From positions 1 to 55,566 of the forward strand of contig CAJAXB010000073.1 of assembly GCA_903946795.1 (NCBI GenBank): a stretch of DNA of 55,566 nt, in the 5' to 3' direction. Shown here piece after piece: positions 52,753 through 55,566 of the stretch (its first letter is position 1; every line of letters starts with the position of its first letter). This DNA is from an uncultured Candidatus Saccharibacteria bacterium (GTDB lineage Bacteria; Patescibacteriota; Saccharimonadia; Saccharimonadales; AWTP1-31). Under the pieces are notes generated by a model. It was not told the origin of the DNA and did no database searches. It worked only from the letters and a program-made list of their open reading frames with translations. Position numbers and translations under genes: made by a program.

Positions 52753-54196
52753 TTTCTATATTTCCGTTTCTATTTATGTATTTATACACAATGTAAATTG
52801 CTAATGTAGGAATCATTATTGTATATACGTATTTTCTTATAACAAAAAGTGATGTATCCCTCGCCAAAAATAAAAAGTTATAAATAGCCACAGCAATAAA
52901 TATATTTTTTATTGATTTATCATCTGAATTTTTTTTACCATTACTAAATACATTAATAATAAAAATACCTAGTATGAGAATTGAAACAATTCCAAAAAAG
53001 CCAAAATTATAGTAAGACTCTGCAACTATAGTAAAACCCGGTCCGTAGTTCAAATTTAGCTTAAGCTTCAACCAATTTGCTAAAGCAGCGTCATTTGCAA
53101 ATGAATATCCGGCAAACATTATTCTTGGAAAAATAGCTAAGATTGATGCAAGGTATGTATAGCCATAGCTATAACTCTTCTGAAGTGGCACTAAATCTAT
53201 TGTGTTATACAATGAAAATATGTTAAACCCGTATTCAATAAAAATATTTCTAACTGGCTCCAATAAGCTTTTTGGACTCAAAAGAATATTAATAAACATA
53301 GAAAAAGTACGTTCATTGGAAGCACGAAATAACGCAATAGCGTTTGACGTTTGTGCTACAATTAGGAAAATTGGAACAACTAATAAGCGATTAATCTTTA
53401 TTTTATTAATCTCGGCACTATAGAGCCAAATATAAGCAATCAGAATTCCGATTACTTCTCCTCTAGCGCCAATATAAAGTGAAGTTAAACAAATTAAAAG
53501 TAGCGCGCACGATAAAATTCTTCTAAGATTTTTGTTGTTCTTATTGGCTATCAGAAGCATAAAAATACCTGGTACAAAAAGCATCGAAAGTGCACTAAGT
53601 AGCGAAGAACTACTGTTAGATTCAAGCGGCATTTCGTATATTGCTTTATAGCCGTACTTGTTGGCAAGCGTCAACTGAGTAATCTTAGAGCCAACATAAG
53701 CTGATGCCCCAATTCCAGCCATTGCAAGTCCTACAATGTTTACACTTTTGAACTTGTAGAGGTTAACGACTTTTTTATGTGCATTATCATGATTAATGTT
53801 TTTAATTTTATATAGACCCAATCCACACAAAATATAAAAAGATGCTATTGAATAAAGCAATGTGTGCAGGTAAATGTTAGGTTTAAATTCACTAATTGTT
53901 AATTGCTTGAGAATTTCTGGCTGAAGAGAAAGAATTATTGACTGACCAAACCAGCATATAAATACACCTATAATAAAAAAGTTGTAAGGGTGCATTAATG
54001 ACTTTCTACGAGCTATTTCAACTATATAAACTACCATAATAAAGCATGCGAGAGTACTGTAAATTTGACTTTGTAAAACAAGAGGCTGAATCGGCTGCAA
54101 TGCAAATGATGCGATAAATATCGCAGGTATAATGAATAGATAAAGAATACTTAAAATAATATTAAAATATTTTACTGAATTTAACTTAGATAGCAT
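52742..54196 (-). CDS. Wzy-type O-antigen/polysaccharide polymerase-like membrane protein
   Basis: About 12 TM helices, very AT-rich, no close motif. It sits between glycosyltransferases in a Wzx-containing locus. Confidence 0.55.
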   Translation of the reverse strand: MLSKLNSVKYFNIILSILYLFIIPAIFIASFALQPIQPLVLQSQIYSTLACFIMVVYIVEIARRKSLMHPYNFFIIGVFICWFGQSIILSLQPEILKQLTISEFKPNIYLHTLLYSIASFYILCGLGLYKIKNINHDNAHKKVVNLYKFKSVNIVGLAMAGIGASAYVGSKITQLTLANKYGYKAIYEMPLESNSSSSLLSALSMLFVPGIFMLLIANKNNKNLRRILSCALLLICLTSLYIGARGEVIGILIAYIWLYSAEINKIKINRLLVVPIFLIVAQTSNAIALFRASNERTFSMFINILLSPKSLLEPVRNIFIEYGFNIFSLYNTIDLVPLQKSYSYGYTYLASILAIFPRIMFAGYSFANDAALANWLKLKLNLNYGPGFTIVAESYYNFGFFGIVSILILGIFIINVFSNGKKNSDDKSIKNIFIAVAIYNFLFLARDTSLFVIRKYVYTIMIPTLAIYIVYKYINRNGNIENEK

Positions 54197-54198
54197 GG

Positions 54199-55437
54199 CT
54201 ATTTTGAAGACCTTCTAGATAAACGTTTCGTGTTATGTTTTTCTGTTAATTCAGAGAGCATAGCACTTTGCAGGTCAAGTTTCCGGTTATTACTAAGGTG
54301 AGCATCACTTTGCAGTGTAAGTGCATTAGAATATTGGGTTGCCATAAAATTAATTACATTTGGTATTGAAAACTTTGAAGCAAAATAATGTCTTTTAGCA
54401 GATTGCCCATTGCAGCTATTGATAGCTGTTTTTTGTAGAATTGAAATATAATCATCAATCTTATCATAAGGATAGAACGAGCCAAGATATTTTTCTTGTA
54501 ATATTTCTATATGTCCCCGGTTTTTTGAAATAGCAACTGGGATACCCGAAGCTAGTTCTTCAACGATGCTTAGACCAAAACCTTCACGGATACTGGCTGA
54601 TACGCCAATATCGCTCATCCTCATGAGTTTATGAATATCTTTTCGATAGCCCATCAGTAAAACACTGTGTTCAAGATCTAATTCAATAATATATTTTCTA
54701 TATCGTTCTTCGTAATCACCGATACCACATATCAGAAGTTTTGCTTTGGGATTAATTTTCAATACCTCCCGCATTGCTCGCATAAGGAATCCCTGATTTT
54801 TATTTTTGTTTAGCTCAGCTACACAGATCAAGATTAAGTCATCTTTGTGAAAACCGTATTCTCGCCGGAGTTGGTCTTTCTCTTTTTGATCGTGAACAGG
54901 ACGAAACCTTTTTAGATCAACTCCAACTCCATTAGTCTTTATGATATTTTTTGCACGCAGCTTTTTCTGGGCTCTCATATAGTCTTCTTCATTTATCGTG
55001 ACGAGTACATCAGTAATATGCGCTAATATTTTTTCTACAGGGTAGTAAATAATCCAATTCTGTATTGGTGCTCCAGTATAGAAATGGAAACCATGCGCAG
55101 TATAGAAAACTATTGTTCCAGTCTTTTTACGAGAAGATCGAGCAGCAAGCCTAGTAACGACACTTCCCATAGGGGTATGGGTATGAATAATCTCGAATTT
55201 TTCAATATCGATTATTTTTTTCAGTTGCCTAATTGCTTTTAGGTTATTGAATTTGAAAGGGCTGCGTTCAAAAGACACAGTATGTTTAACGTCACAGTAT
55301 GGTATTTTTTCTGTTCCATTCGTAGCTACATGGACTTCATAGCCTTGATCCTTGAAATATTTAAGGTAGGGAATATGAAAGTTAAGGATATGTGAATCTA
55401 CGGTCGCACTGAATAGTACTTTCTTTTTCGATTTCAT
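54199..55437 (-). CDS. Glycosyltransferase family 4
   Basis: KVLFSATVDSHILNFHIPYLKYFKDQGYEVHV (WbuB/GT4-like N-terminus) and REGFGLSIVEELASGIPV. Confidence 0.8.
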   Translation of the reverse strand: MKSKKKVLFSATVDSHILNFHIPYLKYFKDQGYEVHVATNGTEKIPYCDVKHTVSFERSPFKFNNLKAIRQLKKIIDIEKFEIIHTHTPMGSVVTRLAARSSRKKTGTIVFYTAHGFHFYTGAPIQNWIIYYPVEKILAHITDVLVTINEEDYMRAQKKLRAKNIIKTNGVGVDLKRFRPVHDQKEKDQLRREYGFHKDDLILICVAELNKNKNQGFLMRAMREVLKINPKAKLLICGIGDYEERYRKYIIELDLEHSVLLMGYRKDIHKLMRMSDIGVSASIREGFGLSIVEELASGIPVAISKNRGHIEILQEKYLGSFYPYDKIDDYISILQKTAINSCNGQSAKRHYFASKFSIPNVINFMATQYSNALTLQSDAHLSNNRKLDLQSAMLSELTEKHNTKRLSRRSSK

Positions 55438-55441
55438 CCTA

Positions 55442-55566
55442 TTATCCTCGCTGATCCTTCAGGAGACTTAGTTCAGTATGGATACCGTGCTTCTCAATCT
55501 CACGACTACCTTTAGCTACAATTGCTTTGAACGTTAAGAATACTATCTTTGCATCTTCACGAGATG
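55442..55566 (-). CDS. C-terminal fragment of a probable polyprenyl-phosphate sugar phosphotransferase (bacterial sugar transferase family); gene continues beyond the window
   Basis: The minus-strand frame is open from the window edge to TAA at 55442-55444. It encodes ...SREDAKIVFLTFKAIVAKGSREIEKHGIHTELSLLKDQRG, which resembles the S...D.KI...T.K.V.. C-terminus of WbaP/EpsL-type transferases. Confidence 0.45.
   Translation of the reverse strand, partial: SREDAKIVFLTFKAIVAKGSREIEKHGIHTELSLLKDQRG

Overview
This is a gene-dense 55.6-kb bacterial chromosomal segment that uses the standard genetic code. The gene content suggests a small-genome Patescibacteria/CPR (Saccharibacteria-like) organism, but that is inference only.

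Core content:
- Translation and transcription genes: trpS (5' end off the window), a RluA-type pseudouridine synthase, holB, rpmG, secE-nusG-rplK-rplA, rplJ-rplL and cysS.
- Replication and repair genes: dnaX, an intein-interrupted dnaB, ybaB-recR and a DHH phosphoesterase.
- A compact dTTP pathway: dcd followed by a Tmk-ThyX-ThyX fusion.
- Cell-envelope genes: two GT4 glycosyltransferases, a VanY-type and a PBP5-type carboxypeptidase, an Lnt-like protein and an O-antigen-ligase-like protein.
- Five hand-folded tRNAs: Thr-UGU, Tyr-GUA, Thr-GGU, Trp-CCA (minus strand) and Gln-UUG.

Two low-GC accessory blocks stand out:
1. A six-gene, translationally coupled minus-strand operon at 39734-44398. 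It combines a beta-RFAP-synthase-like GHMP protein, a tryptophan-2,3-dioxygenase (TDO)-superfamily-like heme protein, a DNPH1/MilB-like N-glycosidase, an atypical kinase, an NDK and a P-loop kinase. It is flanked by Nudix, Ham1/ITPase and MazG NTP house-cleaning genes and lies next to tRNA-Gln. I consider it the best candidate for an undescribed system, namely biosynthesis of a non-canonical, possibly C-linked, nucleotide.
2. A very AT-rich Wzx/Wzy-type polysaccharide locus at 48814-55566 that runs off the window.

Other notable items:
- a class-3-type (WCT) intein with a LAGLIDADG endonuclease in the DnaB P-loop
- in-phase slippery heptamers with a nearby -1 frame stop in the dnaX linker
- a strong attenuator in the rplJ leader
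- a promoter-to-terminator structured RNA upstream of a 56-codon ORF
- a 120-bp in-frame tandem repeat
- a RecR lacking three of the four zinc-finger cysteines

No rRNA, CRISPR array, transposase or integrase was seen. All family assignments rest on motif recognition by eye and need profile or structure searches.
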